A DNA stretch of 64,000 nucleotides. It comes from Amphiscolops sp. MND2022 (Eukaryota). The stretch is from assembly GCA_964187785.1 (NCBI GenBank), contig OZ076409.1, forward strand, positions 63,738,001 to 63,802,000, in the 5' to 3' direction. The notes beneath the pieces were generated by a model. It did no database searches and was not told the origin of the DNA. It saw only the letters and a program-made list of their open reading frames with translations. The position numbers and the translations under genes were made by a program. Shown piece by piece: positions 12,760 to 25,130 of this stretch. The first letter of the stretch is position 1; each line of letters begins with the position of its first letter.

Positions 12760-13578
12760 CAGTGGCGTGAAGAAAGAATGCGAACTAGAAGTTTTGATGC
12801 GCTTTGCAAAACCTTGACTAAATAAGCAAAGAATAGAATCTCAGACAAACCAAACAAATCTTGAAAAAGTTCATTTCAAGGGCTTTCAGCTGATCAATTT
12901 TTTTAAACCTGAAACGTGAAACGATGCCTCAAACCAGCAAAAAATTGCGTCTACAAATAATAAAAATACACTTGCAAAATTTTTCTGTATGTCAAGTTTC
13001 CAAAATAACCAACGGACATAAATCAACTGTTTCCCGAATTATCATGCGACACAATGACCCAGGGCATATTTATAACAATAAAAGTCCCGGTCGGCTGAAG
13101 ACGTCAACCAAAGAAACGGAAACAATTGTGATTCGGACTTCAAAAAAGACCCTTTTTTAAACGCTCCCCAATTAATAAAAATCCCAACAAATCGACTTAT
13201 GTACCAAAGAAACCTTTTTTTGGGCCAAATCAACAAAAAAAGTGGGCAAATAATACTGGTCGAAAACAAACGCTAGTTGTTGGAAATACATTTCGGAAGA
13301 GACTAATTGTTTGAACAAATCCGGAGACCTTGGAAGAAATTTGGAATTATGCACAAGAAGAATTCGAAAAATTCCGGTTGAGTAATAAAACTTTACGGCC
13401 CAATTCCTCGACGATTACAGCTATTTGTTGCAAAAAAAGGCTATCCGACGAAATATTAGACTTGTTTCTACGTAATGGTATGTTTAGTATCTTTTTTGGA
13501 TACGTTTTGTTGTCTTTTTGAATTGATGTCATTCCAATAAAATTTTGTACGGAGTCACAATCGTTCTTCACACCACTG
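12760..13578 (+). mobile_element. Internally deleted, degenerate Tc1-like element
   Basis: TIRs CAGTGG(C/T)GTGAAGAA flanked by TA; ORF 12924 MPQTSKKLRLQII...HKSTVSRII...KSPGRLK is a Tc1 HTH. Confidence 0.85.
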
Positions 13579-13916
13579 TATCGCTTGTCAAACTTCACGT
13601 TAGGGCTAAAAAAGCAATAACTTGAAAAATGAAAACAGTTCTAGCAAAAGGCTATGAGAGTCCCCAAAATTATCAAAATTTTCCCCATGTTTTCGTCCAT
13701 AAAACAGACCAGACAGGAGTATGAGGTTCTATTAAAGATAGACTTGGAACTAGTAGATTTCTCAGTGAATGGAGTTAGTTGGGGAATCTAAAATTTTGTC
13801 ATTCCTCCTATTTCTCCAGTTTTGCATTGTGCGAAGACGTTATAAATTGTTTCATTTTCTCTGGAATTGTTCAAATTTCGAATGTTCTACAAATTTGTTG
13901 TCCTTTCGTTAAGTAG

Positions 13917-14125
13917 ATGGTACCTTGTCAGAAACAGGGACCTCTGAAAATGACAAAGATAGTCACCAGGACAAGGAAGAGAAGAGGGCTAGTTCACAGT
14001 ATTTCGATGCCAGTGAGGATCTCGGTTTCTCTTCGAGCCCACACCCCTCAAGACACAAGACCAGCTTTCCCCCCATTGCCACTCACAACAACGACCAGTC
14101 AGAGGTCGAAGTCAGCGACGAAGTG
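13917..14125 (+). CDS. HPS1: HPS1-like exon, low-complexity acidic/Ser linker
   Basis: aagtag/ ... /gtatgt; the phase-1 start fits the upstream exon (G+AT); no direct homology seen. Confidence 0.6.
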
Positions 14126-14235
14126 GTATGTAAAGTTTTCAAACCACACATTAGTTTTGTATGAAAATTATTGAATTGGAAATTCAAAACAATGAACTGA
14201 AAATGGTCACTTTTCGAGTCTGTGATAGTTCGATC

Positions 14236-14703
14236 CAGAGGTGTGATCGCTAACCACTTTATCGCTAATCGCTGACATCGCTAATGATGAAGCACTACAA
14301 CAAAATGGGTTTGCTAACGCTATCGCTAATTAAAAAACTCATTTTCAAGATATTAATTTTAAATTTCGGAATTTTATTTTAAAAGTAACTAGTTTTGAAT
14401 TTTTTTGGGCAAAGTATTTTAGTTCGCTTTTGGTTCTGCACATTGCCGGCCACATTGAATAACCGTTCAATCGAAGCTGTTCTGGGTAAGGCAGCCAAAA
14501 TTGTAAATCTTGATTGGGCACCAATGGACCAATATTTTTCAGCAGAATCATATTTCAATCATTCTCTACTAAACGGTATTGAATTCTGCTTAGCGAATGA
14601 AAATGTTCGCTAACGTCCTAATTTGTCGCTAACTATCGCTATCGCTAATTAATGCTGAATTGTCGCTAACGCTACCGCTATCGCTCTCGCTGTCACACCT
14701 CTT
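14236..14703. mobile_element. hAT-type MITE
   Basis: 8-bp TSD GTTCGATC (14228-14235, 14704-14711); TIR AGAGGTGTGA; subterminal ATCGCTA repeats. Confidence 0.85.
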
Positions 14704-15899
14704 GTTCGATCACGTGAACTTCCGCTTAGGTAGCGTTCAGCAGTTGACCTGGATTCAAATTAGCATCTTGCCAACGTTAAACGTAAAGTAGTAACTCCTA
14801 AAATGATCTATAGAGGGACTTGTCTATTCCATTCATGTTTTTCTCAAGAAAAAGTTCGATGATCACGTTATGTTTCATTATATTTCAAAGATTCCCCAAA
14901 AAGCGTTAAATATAAAATTCGCTCAAAGTGAAAGTTTACTAAATCAACTGTATACTTGATTTGTTTGTTTCGGGTAGTTTTTGGAATCACGGTATGACAC
15001 GATGGTCCTTTCTCTTCAAACAATAGTTTTCAGAAATAGGTTTCAGTTCATCTCACAATTATCAATAATCTGAACACGCAATATTTTTCTTTTAGAAAAA
15101 CACAGATATTTTTTTGCAAACACAGATATTTAGTCCTAGGCAGACATCGAACCGACGGCCGTCTGCTTGGGAAGCACTCATCCTAATTTACTGGCAGCGT
15201 GAACAAAAACTCTGTCGAAAAGTGGACCATTCCCATACATCCTGCAGTCTTACGAAAAAATATATTAAAAAACTAGTGAACATTCGTAAACTAATAAAAT
15301 GCGCCGACTAAAAACAGTATTGTTTCCCAATTGTTTGTAGGATAATTAGATGGGATGTCGCAATTCATGTGACTTTTAATAGTATTTCAACTGTTTTAAC
15401 TTTACATCCGTATGATTAGTGATCTATATTAATAATATTTAGTTTCGAGAGTCTGCTAATTGCGACAATTGGGTTTTTCAAACGGTTCTTCCTTTCACAC
15501 AATTGATATCACTCCTTAATAAAACATGTACAGTTGCTTGTTTGATTCTTTCAGCTACTAGGTGCAACTGGAATTTTCCGTGGGAATTTTAGAGAATCGT
15601 GTGTTTTTGAATTATGTTCGTTTTCATCGATAATCAAAAAAGAAGAAAACACTGTATTCCTTCATATAAAATATCTAAAATGTGAATGCATATATGGAGG
15701 GCAGTGTAAAAACGTTTTAATTATAAAAATCTGGACATCATGAAAAGTTTTTAAAAAATTGAATATTAACATTTGACTACTTGAAACGATATTCACTCCA
15801 ACATTTCTGACTATACTGAGGTTTATCGATGTCATTGACAAAGTTCTCATTGAAAAACGTTTTCAACCTCTTCTTCACAATTTCATACGTCTGATATCC

Positions 15900-16895
15900 C
15901 AATTTCAATTTTTCAGGCAACGCGTTCCACAAAGATACTACTCTCTTGAAAAGGCTCTTTTTCAGCTGCTCGCTATTGGCAAAACCATGATTTGTTGAAC
16001 CTTATTTAAAAATTTGCAGTGGCTACATGAAGCCGTGAGAAAGGCTTTCCATTTCCAGAAACATGTAACAGCTTTCAAGTCCATCAGATGACGAACCGTT
16101 AAAATTCGATACTGTAACCTAAGATCTTGCTCTGAATCCATCTTATATCCTTTATAGTATGCTTTGAATTCCTTAATGTATTTGTTTTTCCAGTGTCGAA
16201 ATGGCTAGAAATGCCATTCAAGAGTATAAAAGAGTAATGTAAGTGGCTGATGACAAAGGAGTTTAGTAACAGTATTCTGGTTTTTGTTGGTAAAAAATCA
16301 CGAACACAGTTAAATTTGATATCGCAGGCCGTTTTCTGTAGAATATTTTTTTACTTCGTTTTGATAGTTGAGGTTCTGATCCAATTGTACACCAAGGTAT
16401 TTTACACACTCTTTTTATTTGATAAAATAACTGTGAATTCGACATGTTTTTCGATGGTTTACAGAAGACAATAAATTCTGGTTTTTTTCGGCGTTCATGT
16501 TGAGGCGATGTGATACGAAGTAATCATTTAGTTTTTCTAAAATTCTCTCAAGATTGGTAATTCCAGTATTAATACAAATTGCCGCAACAAATACAAATGT
16601 ATGATCAGCGTACTTCACCAAATTGGAGTTTTCTTGCATATTGTTCTGCATACTATTGACATAAATACTGAAACGCAACGGGCCGAGAACAGTACCTTGT
16701 TGGACGTCTTGATATAAATTAATCCAGTCAGATTTGGATGAGGACAAAACTACTCTTTGAGTCCGCCCAATGAGAAAACTTTGTTTTAGTGAAACTGCAT
16801 TTTGATCAAAATGAATTCTGCAAAATGAACTGTTTCCAGCTTTTTGAGAAGTTTTTCATGTGAAATAGAGTCGAAGGCTTTTGATAGATCCAAAA
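15900..16895 (-). pseudogene. Degenerate LINE reverse-transcriptase fragment
   Basis: DLSKAFDSISHEKLL, VQQGTVLGPL.FSIYVN and KYADHT on the minus strand, with stops and frameshifts; boundaries approximate. Confidence 0.8.
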
Positions 16896-17220
16896 TCAAC
16901 AGAGTGCATTGCACCAAAAAGAGCTTCTACTCATTATGCAAGCTTCTACTAAGGAAAATATTTGACGACAGGAACTGTTTTTAGTCGTCGCTATAAGAAA
17001 CATAATTTTATGTAGTTTGTTTTTCAAACTGAAACTATCAGGCATGTTCTAAATTTTAGAGCTTTTCATGAATTTTTGAAACAGTGCCAGGTTCTCAGAA
17101 AGTTGCCGGAGAAACTAGAGTGACATGAATGCCCTTACTGGACTGTTTCGAATGACTTCAGGGTTTTTCTATTTCTCCCAATGTCTTGAATTCTGTTGAA
17201 GGGTGCGCCCTTATCGCCAG

Positions 17221-17342
17221 AAGACCTGCATGAGAACTATATTCTGGATGACCTTGACTTAAACAGCCATAGGGGCACCGGGACAAGTTCAGGCATGGGA
17301 GGTCAAGGCAACATGGAGTCGCCCACCTGGGAGTCGGGAGAG
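17221..17342 (+). CDS. HPS1: Probable HPS1-like linker exon (junction phases unresolved)
   Basis: GC-richer open segment EDLHENYILDDLDLNSHRG... after cgccag, ending at /gtcagg; phases do not close with its neighbours. Confidence 0.4.
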
Positions 17343-18268
17343 GTCAGGGGTCATCATTATTAACTGCTACATTTTGTACGGAAAATTAAATGTAAAACTC
17401 AATTTTGCAACTATAAGGCCATTGGCGATGAAAATTTTAAATTTACTTTCAGGATTTCCAGAACAAACTCAATTATTAAACAAAAAACCAGTTTGAATCT
17501 TTAACAATCTTGAAGAGCTTTAATTCTTTAATAAACGAAGTTTCTAAACCAATTATCTACCTATTAGAATTTATTTGCGGTTATCATTTTATCTGAGTTT
17601 CTATATTAATTTACAACGGAAAATTTTTCGACAAAGTTTCTTTCCAAAAAGTCCCCCCAGCGCGGTGTGTCAAAGTGTCAAACGTCTGTATATTTTCAAA
17701 TTGAACTGCTGTATTAACGTTTTTGGATATTGAGTATTTAAATTTAAAAAATCGTTATATCAGAATTTGACGTTATATCCAAATTTAAATGAATCTTGCC
17801 ATGAAGTAAGCCAGAGTTTGCATCTATTCATTTTCAAATTCTCGCATTTTTTCAAGTTGACGAAAAATAATCATGCTTTTGAAATATCGTATTTAACATT
17901 GATGTATGCGGTATATCCAAAATAATACTGCATAATCCAAAATTAATACTGCATAATTCAAAATTTTTAGATCTTGTCAGAGAAAGATCGGGGCTCGAGC
18001 ATAACCATATTAAACTGCTTTCTGATATAACGTATATAACTATTAAAATGCAGTCTATTCAATTTATTGACTTTTTTAACGAATTCCGTTTCTCAAAGAA
18101 GAAGCTATAAAATACTTTTTTTTAATTTTTAAATTGTCCTTTTGAGACATTGTTTGCATATTTGCTTAAGCTAATCAAATCTGTAGAAACATTTCAGCTG
18201 AAAGCATTCCGTTGCTTTTTCGTTTTCTGAACAATTGAGGTTTTCAAGTGTCTTGTAACAGTCTACAA

Positions 18269-18605
18269 AATAAGCCGAGAATGGCAGTCGGCGCCACATC
18301 TAAGGCTCAAACATAGCATAAGTACTTCAAAGTGTTAAGATTTCTTTTACAGTACCGGAAAAACCCAAAGATTGGACCGAATTGGCGCGCTAAAAGGGGG
18401 ACCTTTTGGGATTTTTCAACATTTCTGTTGCAAAACATCAAAAAATTGAAGGGGGACCCTTTGGAGTCATTAAAAAATTTTAGAAAAAAAGTCTGGCAAT
18501 GCCAAAAAAACTGAAAGGGGGACCCTTTGGTCTCGCACCGTTACGCGGAAAAAGAGGAGAAACCTTTTTGGTTCAGTTCTCCAGGCCAAATGGTTCAATT
18601 TTGAC
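18269..18605 (-). mobile_element. Helentron/DINE-like repeat, partial copy
   Basis: Reverse complement of the 22480-22940 repeat, including the GGCGCCGACT end. Confidence 0.55.
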
Positions 18606-18696
18606 TAAAAATCGCGGTGCCACCGCCCTTGTTATCGATTAATTTTTCATTCAATTACTGATTTTGCTGATGATCCCTGGAAAAGTTCACCGATAG

Positions 18697-18850
18697 AAGA
18701 CGGGTCACTTTGTTAGAGTCGAAAGACTTCGAGTGCTCGGGGGAGACAGAGGAGACAAGTGATGGGGAACATCAAGAACCCTCCCCAGGGGCTCATTCCA
18801 GGAAGAGAACGAAGAGTCTCAGATACAGACCTCTATGTCCCATATTAGTG
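18697..18850 (+). CDS. HPS1: Probable HPS1-like linker exon
   Basis: cgatag/ ... /gtaggt; only one frame open (RRVTLLESKDFECSGE...RPLCPILV); the phase-0 end fits the next exon. Confidence 0.55.
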
Positions 18851-19398
18851 GTAGGTGTTTTCTGTAGAGATCGCCCAGACAACTAGTCAGTTAGAATCTG
18901 AGATGACAGTTGTTACCATTATACTACTGAGTTGAACAAACAGTATCCCCATCTTGTTTGTCTTACTTTTCCCTTTAACTTGTTTTTCAAGTTCGCATCA
19001 AGTCCAATTAGTTTTCTTTTCACATACACGGTAATGTATTCACAACGTTGGAGTGAGTAATCATTGTAATCGAGCAGATGTTGTTAATAGGGAAAATTGC
19101 ATTTCCATGTAACTGATCAGCAATAATTGGTTATGAACTGATTCGTTATGAGAAAATTGTTTGAAATCTGTTGATTTTCAAGATGTAATTTCAGGAAACG
19201 TTTTGTCCTTAATTTCATAGCCCCGCATTCAACCCAATAGCAGCAAAGCTTCGGTCTACAAAAAAAGACTTTTGGGCAACTTTTGTTGAGCTAGGAAATC
19301 TTCCAATTTGATCAGCACGAGAATAAACGTGAAAATTAAGGCCGAAATGTCTCAAATAAAAAAGGCGGCACAAAACAATGTTGTGTGAGTATTTTCAG

Positions 19399-19642
19399 AG
19401 TAACTCGAAGAAAGACAACCACGCGACATTAGTTAACTGTCTAAGCAAGGGGGGAGATTCCAGAGTACCCACAGACTTGTTTTTCATGCGCATCCCCGTG
19501 AAGGACGTGGTGTTGATGTTCTCTACTAGCAGGCCCAACAAATTCATTGCTCGCACCATCAGCAAGATGGTAGTCGCCCTGGACATCATTCTCTTCAAGG
19601 GCATCGTGTTGGGTGTCAATCCCCACGACTTAACAGAACTAG
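19399..19642 (+). CDS. HPS1: HPS1-like exon
   Basis: ttttcag/ ... /gttgga; RVPTDLFFMRIPVKDVVLMFSTSRP..IARTISKM resembles HPS1 LVPHTMYCLPL..INLVLLTRSPS.PLA; the phase-1 end fits 40815. Confidence 0.75.
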
Positions 19643-20051
19643 GTTGGATGACTGCTAGTAGTACTAACCTTAATTATTATCTCCTCAACTACTCACTGGT
19701 AAAATGTTTCTAACACTTTGGCACTAAATTGTCATGACTTCTGAACGATTCCCAGACTTCTGAACTACCGGGTTGAGCTTCATGATAATTGTGGTAAGAC
19801 CTCTAGACGCAAAATCTCTAGACAGTTTGTTCCCACAATTCTAAGCTCTTCTGACGTGATGTAAAGCTACGATAACATCACGTAACGTATGTTGTCTCAG
19901 TTTGAAAAACATGCAAGTTCTTTGACAGATTCACATGCAAATTGATCGACGGAAAGAATCATGACAGTTCTATCAATGTTAACCCGTACCCATATAAACA
20001 CTTGGTCACAAACATAAAACAATGATAAATTCATTTCGACCAAAATTTTTG

Positions 20052-20410
20052 TACAGGTGCGAACGTCTAAAGTCGGTGCCCGCCTAAGGCTCAACGCAGA
20101 AAATTTTTTATAAGTGCTCAAGGCGTTTTTGAAGAAACTCTCACAAATTTGAGATTTGCCGAAAAATAGCCAAAAGAGCCTTTCATGCGCTGAAGACGCT
20201 TTTCTCTAACTAGACACACCAAAGTAAACCAAAATTTGGTGAACAATTTTCCTTTGAAAAAATCACACAATGCCTAAAAACTCTTAAAACGTATTCCCGT
20301 AACTTAGAACATGAAAAAATTGAAAAATTTTTATGTGAAATATGAAAAGTTCAGAAGAAAAGCCCACAGTGCCGAAAAAGTTCCAAAGGTGGGCCCCTTC
20401 GGCCCCTTAT
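20052..20410 (-). repeat. Diverged Helentron/DINE-like repeat copy
   Basis: AAGTCGGTGCCCGCCTAAGGCTCAA resembles the family 3' end in reverse. Confidence 0.4.
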
Positions 20411-20526
20411 AGTCTCGAGGTTAGTCACCATAATAGTTGTTTGGCATATTTTTTTATAGAATACGCCTATAGAATACAAAATTTCAGTTGTTATTACGAT
20501 ATAACAGTTGCGCTATCTGAACAATT

Positions 20527-20979
20527 CGTGTCCAGACAAAAAGGCTTCCCAGACAAAAGGGCTCACAGACAAAAGGGCCAAAAACACAGACAAAAAGGCC
20601 AAAAAAGCAGACAAAAGGGCCAAAATAATTTTAATTAGGAGCTCAATTATAATAACGTAGTCAGCTGTGTTCACATACCCCTAGTGCCCTAAATGCAGGA
20701 GCGAAGTGAAGCGGAGCGACGTGCCATATGGCCATGCCTCAATGTTGCTACTTGGCGAAGGGAGCGAAGCGACCGAGCCATACAACAAATATGCTAACGT
20801 CTTCAAATAAATCAAGTTCCAGATCCGTTTTATTACTTTGAAAAAACAATTTTTTCATTGAAAAAACTAATTAAAATATAGCTTTGGTTTTTGGCCTTTT
20901 TGTCTGCTTTTTGGCCTTTTTGTCTGTGGCCCTTTTGTATGGAAGCCTTTTTGTCTGTGGCCCTTTTGTCTGTGCACCG
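20527..20979. mobile_element. Foldback-type MITE with arms built of tandem CAGACAAAA(A/G)GGC units
   Basis: Five units on the left, inverted units on the right; flanks AACAATT / AACAACT resemble a target duplication. Confidence 0.75.
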
Positions 20980-21150
20980 AACAACTGTATGAAGAGAAGT
21001 GGAGTGGCGAGGATTTAGTTTGAAAGATCCAGTTTTCTCAACGAATTTTTGCCCTAATACATTTAACTGTCGGGAAAATCTGTTTTAATGAATAATGCCA
21101 CATGAATAACACCCAATTTAATTTCAAATCTAACACTTTAACCAGAAAAC

Positions 21151-21534
21151 CAGGGTTGTAGTGTTTAAAACAGGGCTTGAAATGCTGAAATTTTGGAGGA
21201 AGAATTCAAAAAGTATTCAGAGAAGAAGAAAATCAATTTTCTGAAATACAACATCACTATGGGAAATATGCCACAGCACCTCGGACAGCTGGCACTGACG
21301 TTCAAAAAGCTATACCCAAGCTCAGGGGCTCTCAAACAAATTTTTAGTACAATGGGTTTCATTCAAGTTGATTTACGAAACCGACTTGGCATGAAAAAAC
21401 TTGAAAAACTTACGTTTATCAAGCGCATGTTAAAAAAAATGATTGTAAATGTTTTTTTTGTTTTAAACATGTTTAAAACGTTCTAAATGTTCAAAACGTT
21501 TTTTTTTTGCTTAAATCGTGTTTTTGCAACCTTG
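21151..21534 (+). mobile_element. hAT deletion derivative retaining the C-terminal dimerisation-domain coding remnant
   Basis: TIR CAGGGTTG/CAACCTTG; 8-bp TSD CAGAAAAC/TAGAAAAC; LYPSSGALKQIFSTMGFIQVDLRNRLGMKKLEKLTF matches the hAT C-terminal pattern. Confidence 0.8.
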
Positions 21535-22318
21535 TAGAAAACGTTTTATCTAGAATAAATGCAATGAAATAACAAGATACGTTAAATATCAAAACCTCAG
21601 TAAGATAACTGAAGTATTTGTTTTTAGTTGCGCAGTCTAACTGACACATTTCTATAAGCATTTCTGTAAGTTGTTACTTAACCTAGTGGTTACCACGTGT
21701 GGGACAGTAGCTGTGAATCAGTTCTAAGCCTGCCCTGGGCCCAATTTTTTCAATGCTTGCAAAAGTAGAGGAAAACCGAAAGGGTGTATCGGCACTATGC
21801 GAGTTACCTAATAATTTCTAATGAAACTTGAGCCTCAAGGGTAACGTCTTTGGTTATTTTTTGTCACGTTGGATCGATGAGACCTTTTTAAATAACTGTG
21901 AAAAAGACCTACGGTTTTTTCAGCACTGTGTGGCTTTTATTCGAAAAAATTTCCTATCGTCAAAGGGTACTCCTTTCACGTTTCAGGAAGCTTTCAGCTT
22001 AAAGAAAGCGTTTCGCAAACTGGAAGGGCCTCCTTTTGGGTTTTTCGCCATTCGTCAATGAGACTTTTTCCAAAATAGGCAAATTAACGTTTTAAAATGA
22101 TTTATTTGATGTTTCGAGTTATTAAAAGTATGTATGGGTGTCCATGCGGGTATTTTAGGCATTGTAAATGCGATAAAAATGTGTCTCTTTGCATATTCAA
22201 GACAGTTTACTCTGCTTGAAACTCGAGCGGGTCTCCGTCTTGGGCTGTTCCGAGCTTATTTATTTTGTGCTACATCAATTAAATAACACCTGTTATATTG
22301 ACAGTTTTTCTATTTATT

Positions 22319-22940
22319 AGTCGGCGCTTCATGAAGTGTAACGCGGCTATTATAGTGACTTTTTTTCAATCCACACGAACTGACCAAAATAGTTCTTAAA
22401 ACTTCTACGAAATTTTATGGTCCCAAATTTAATCATTTAGCCTAGCGAACTGAACCAAAAAAGTTTTTCCTCTTTTTCTGCGTAATATACAATACCGGGA
22501 AAGACTAAAGGGCCCCCCTTTCAGTTTTTTTCGGCATTGTGAGACTTTTTTTTCGAAAAAAAATCCCCAAGGGCCCCCTTCAATTTTTTGATGTTTTGCG
22601 ACAGAATGGATGTTGAAAAATCCCAAAAGGTCCCTCCTTTCAATTTTTTCGGCATTGTGAGACATTTTTTCGGAAACTTTTTTTCACCGTAGGGTCCCCC
22701 TTCAATTTTTCGATGTTTTGCAACAATGGATGTTAAAAAAACGCGAAAGGGTCCCCCCTTTTAGGGCGCCAGGGGCCCGCGCTAGCGGGCACCTCTCGCG
22801 CCAGTTCGGTCGTTTTGGTTTTTCGTGAGTTAGATACTCTTCTTGTGAGTTTGATACTTTGAGTTTTTTGACACTTTCATGTCCTTTTGCTATTTGTGAG
22901 CCTTAGATATGGCGCCGACTTATGTCGTTCCCAGCTTGTT
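22319..22940 (+). mobile_element. Non-autonomous Helentron/DINE-1-like repeat, copy B, with internal tandem subrepeats
   Basis: AGTCGGCGC (22319) / GGCGCCGACT (22911) then ...CTTGTT; repeated AGGGTCCCCC(T)TTCAATTTTTT and TTCGGCATTGTGAGAC units. Confidence 0.6.
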
Positions 22941-23134
22941 CTTTTTTCGTTAACAAAGGAAACGCAACGTTTCAGTTTTAGTGTGGACTTTTGTAATTTT
23001 TACAACGATTTCTTAATGAAACCACTAGTTGCATACTTTCCACTTGTCCTAGTGGTTACCGCATGCATATAAGTTTCCTTTTCGTGTATACTATCTTCTT
23101 ACTCTAACTCCACAACTGCATTTGATCTTTGGTT

Positions 23135-24167
23135 GCCCGGGTTGACCCTCTTACTAGCAACTTGGCTGTCTTGGCAAGATCTTGCCAAATTCTTACCACA
23201 TCTTGGCAACCTAGGATCCCATGGCAAGATTCTTATTAAGATCTTACTAAGATAATACTTATTCCAAGATCGTATCTTATCACGATGGACAAAATTTTAA
23301 GATTATAAAAAACACTACACCTTTCGTACAAGCAGACTCAATCTAAAGGCTCATTTCACCCAACAACGACTATTTCTACTCGTTTTCATAATCAAAATGC
23401 ATAAACCTGCTGAAAAAATTTTGCATGCAAAAATGCGTGAAAAATTACGATAACGTAGTCTGGCTTCCAAAATTTTGACGAGAATCCTAATAACTGCTCA
23501 CCTGTTTAGGACTGAGAAATGCGAATGTACCAAATGAAAGGTCATTTCAAGGGCTTTCCAAAACTTGTAATTTATCACTCCTGTCGATTCCAGAGGCGGA
23601 GAAATATGCTCTCAAACGTCCAGATCCACTATCGGAAAGTTACAAAGGAAAGACCTTAAAATCCTGAAATTTTTGTAAAAATCATATCTCCAGCTTTCTT
23701 TGAGCATGTTTCAGCAGCCTTATTACTGCTAGAAACGGCGGTCATTGCTCTAATTTGGGTAATGATTCAGCACAAGGCTTTTCTGACACCGTTGTTGCCG
23801 ACAGTTTTGAAATTGAAAGAACAATATCGATATCGAAATGGTTGTAAAATCATTCAGTAATTTTGATTTTCAGTGATGTCTTTATTGTTTTTCCATAACA
23901 CTTAATTTAATGGTTTTCTGATTCTACTTTTTCTCGATATCGAGCAGTTCATGGCAATTTTTTTCTTGCCATATTCGGTTTTGTGGTTAGATTTTTCTTG
24001 CCATATTGGGCTTCTTAGTAAGATTTTTCTTGGAAACATGGCTCTCTTGATAAGATCTTACCATGGCATCTTGCAATTCTTGGCAATATCTTGTCACGAT
24101 CTTAGCTAAGATTTTTCCAAGATCTTGGCAAGATCTTACTAAGATATCCATGGAGGGTCGACCCGGG
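23135..24167. mobile_element. MITE-like element with CCCGGGT(T/C)GACCCTC TIRs and AAGATCTT-rich subterminal repeats
   Basis: cccgggttgaccctc ... gagggtcgacccggg; related AAGATCTTGCCAAG arrays at about 41940-42110. Confidence 0.65.
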
Positions 24168-25130
24168 TGTTTTGAGCTCTGCAAAATTTTTTCTCTAAAA
24201 TGTTTAATTTTTGCTTAAATGTTTCGTTTTTGATTTTTCAATGTTTTCAGTTAGACATAAGGTTTTTCTTTGAGTCTGATGGGTCCGCGTTTAGATGTTT
24301 TTTGGTATGTCCAAACTTTGCACAAAACAGCTCCAACATAATACAATGACTTATCAGCATTAAACGGGCGCCAACTTATGCTGTTTCCGTCTGGTTGTTT
24401 TTCCGTTTCTTGAAAAACGGAAAAATTTAGTTTTAGCACAGAAATTTTTTGAAACCACTTTTCGCCAATTGCTACTAGATGGTTGTGAAATTCTTTTCCA
24501 CTTCGCCTAGTTAGGGTTAGGATGTTTTTCCCCGATTGGTGAGGGGATCTGGGGAGCAGGAGTACGTGGTATCGACTCCAATGTGAGGTTTTCCCGACGT
24601 TCCACTTTGCGACTCTGTTTTTATGAAGTGTTTTGCGAGCGTAGACGGTCCTTCGTTTAGCTTTTGACACTGTGAAACGTTTTTTGAAAGAGAAATTCGG
24701 AATAAATTTCCACAAATTCATGTTTTTTGTCGTTTCAAAGAAAAATCTCAAGGTTATGGAGCGTTTCCATGAAAAGTCTAAAAGTTAAACTCTGTGAGTT
24801 TCGTGGCACGAAAACTTGATGGGAATTTCTGCGCGACTTTTTCCGAATTTTCCCTATTGTTTGGACGTTCGCCCTTTCGTTTTTTTCTGAGGTTTCCAGC
24901 ATGGGAACACCATTTTGTCCAGAATGGTGACACGTTTTGGTAATTTGAGCACAATGCGACCTATATTCGAATGAAAAAACATCAAAATATTTAGATTTTA
25001 TCAATTTTAGTTGATAAGAAATGAAAGGTACCTTTTGGATTTTTTGCCACTGCGCTCCTTGCTTTGTAGAAATGTAGTTTTTTGGATATCTGATTTAATC
25101 TACTATCTACCTGGAATATCTTGGAGAAAT

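Noticed and set aside
20530..20625. CRISPR-like repeat array
   Set aside because: Units are 13 bp with 3-9 nt gaps and are mirrored as an inverted arm; eukaryotic context with no cas genes
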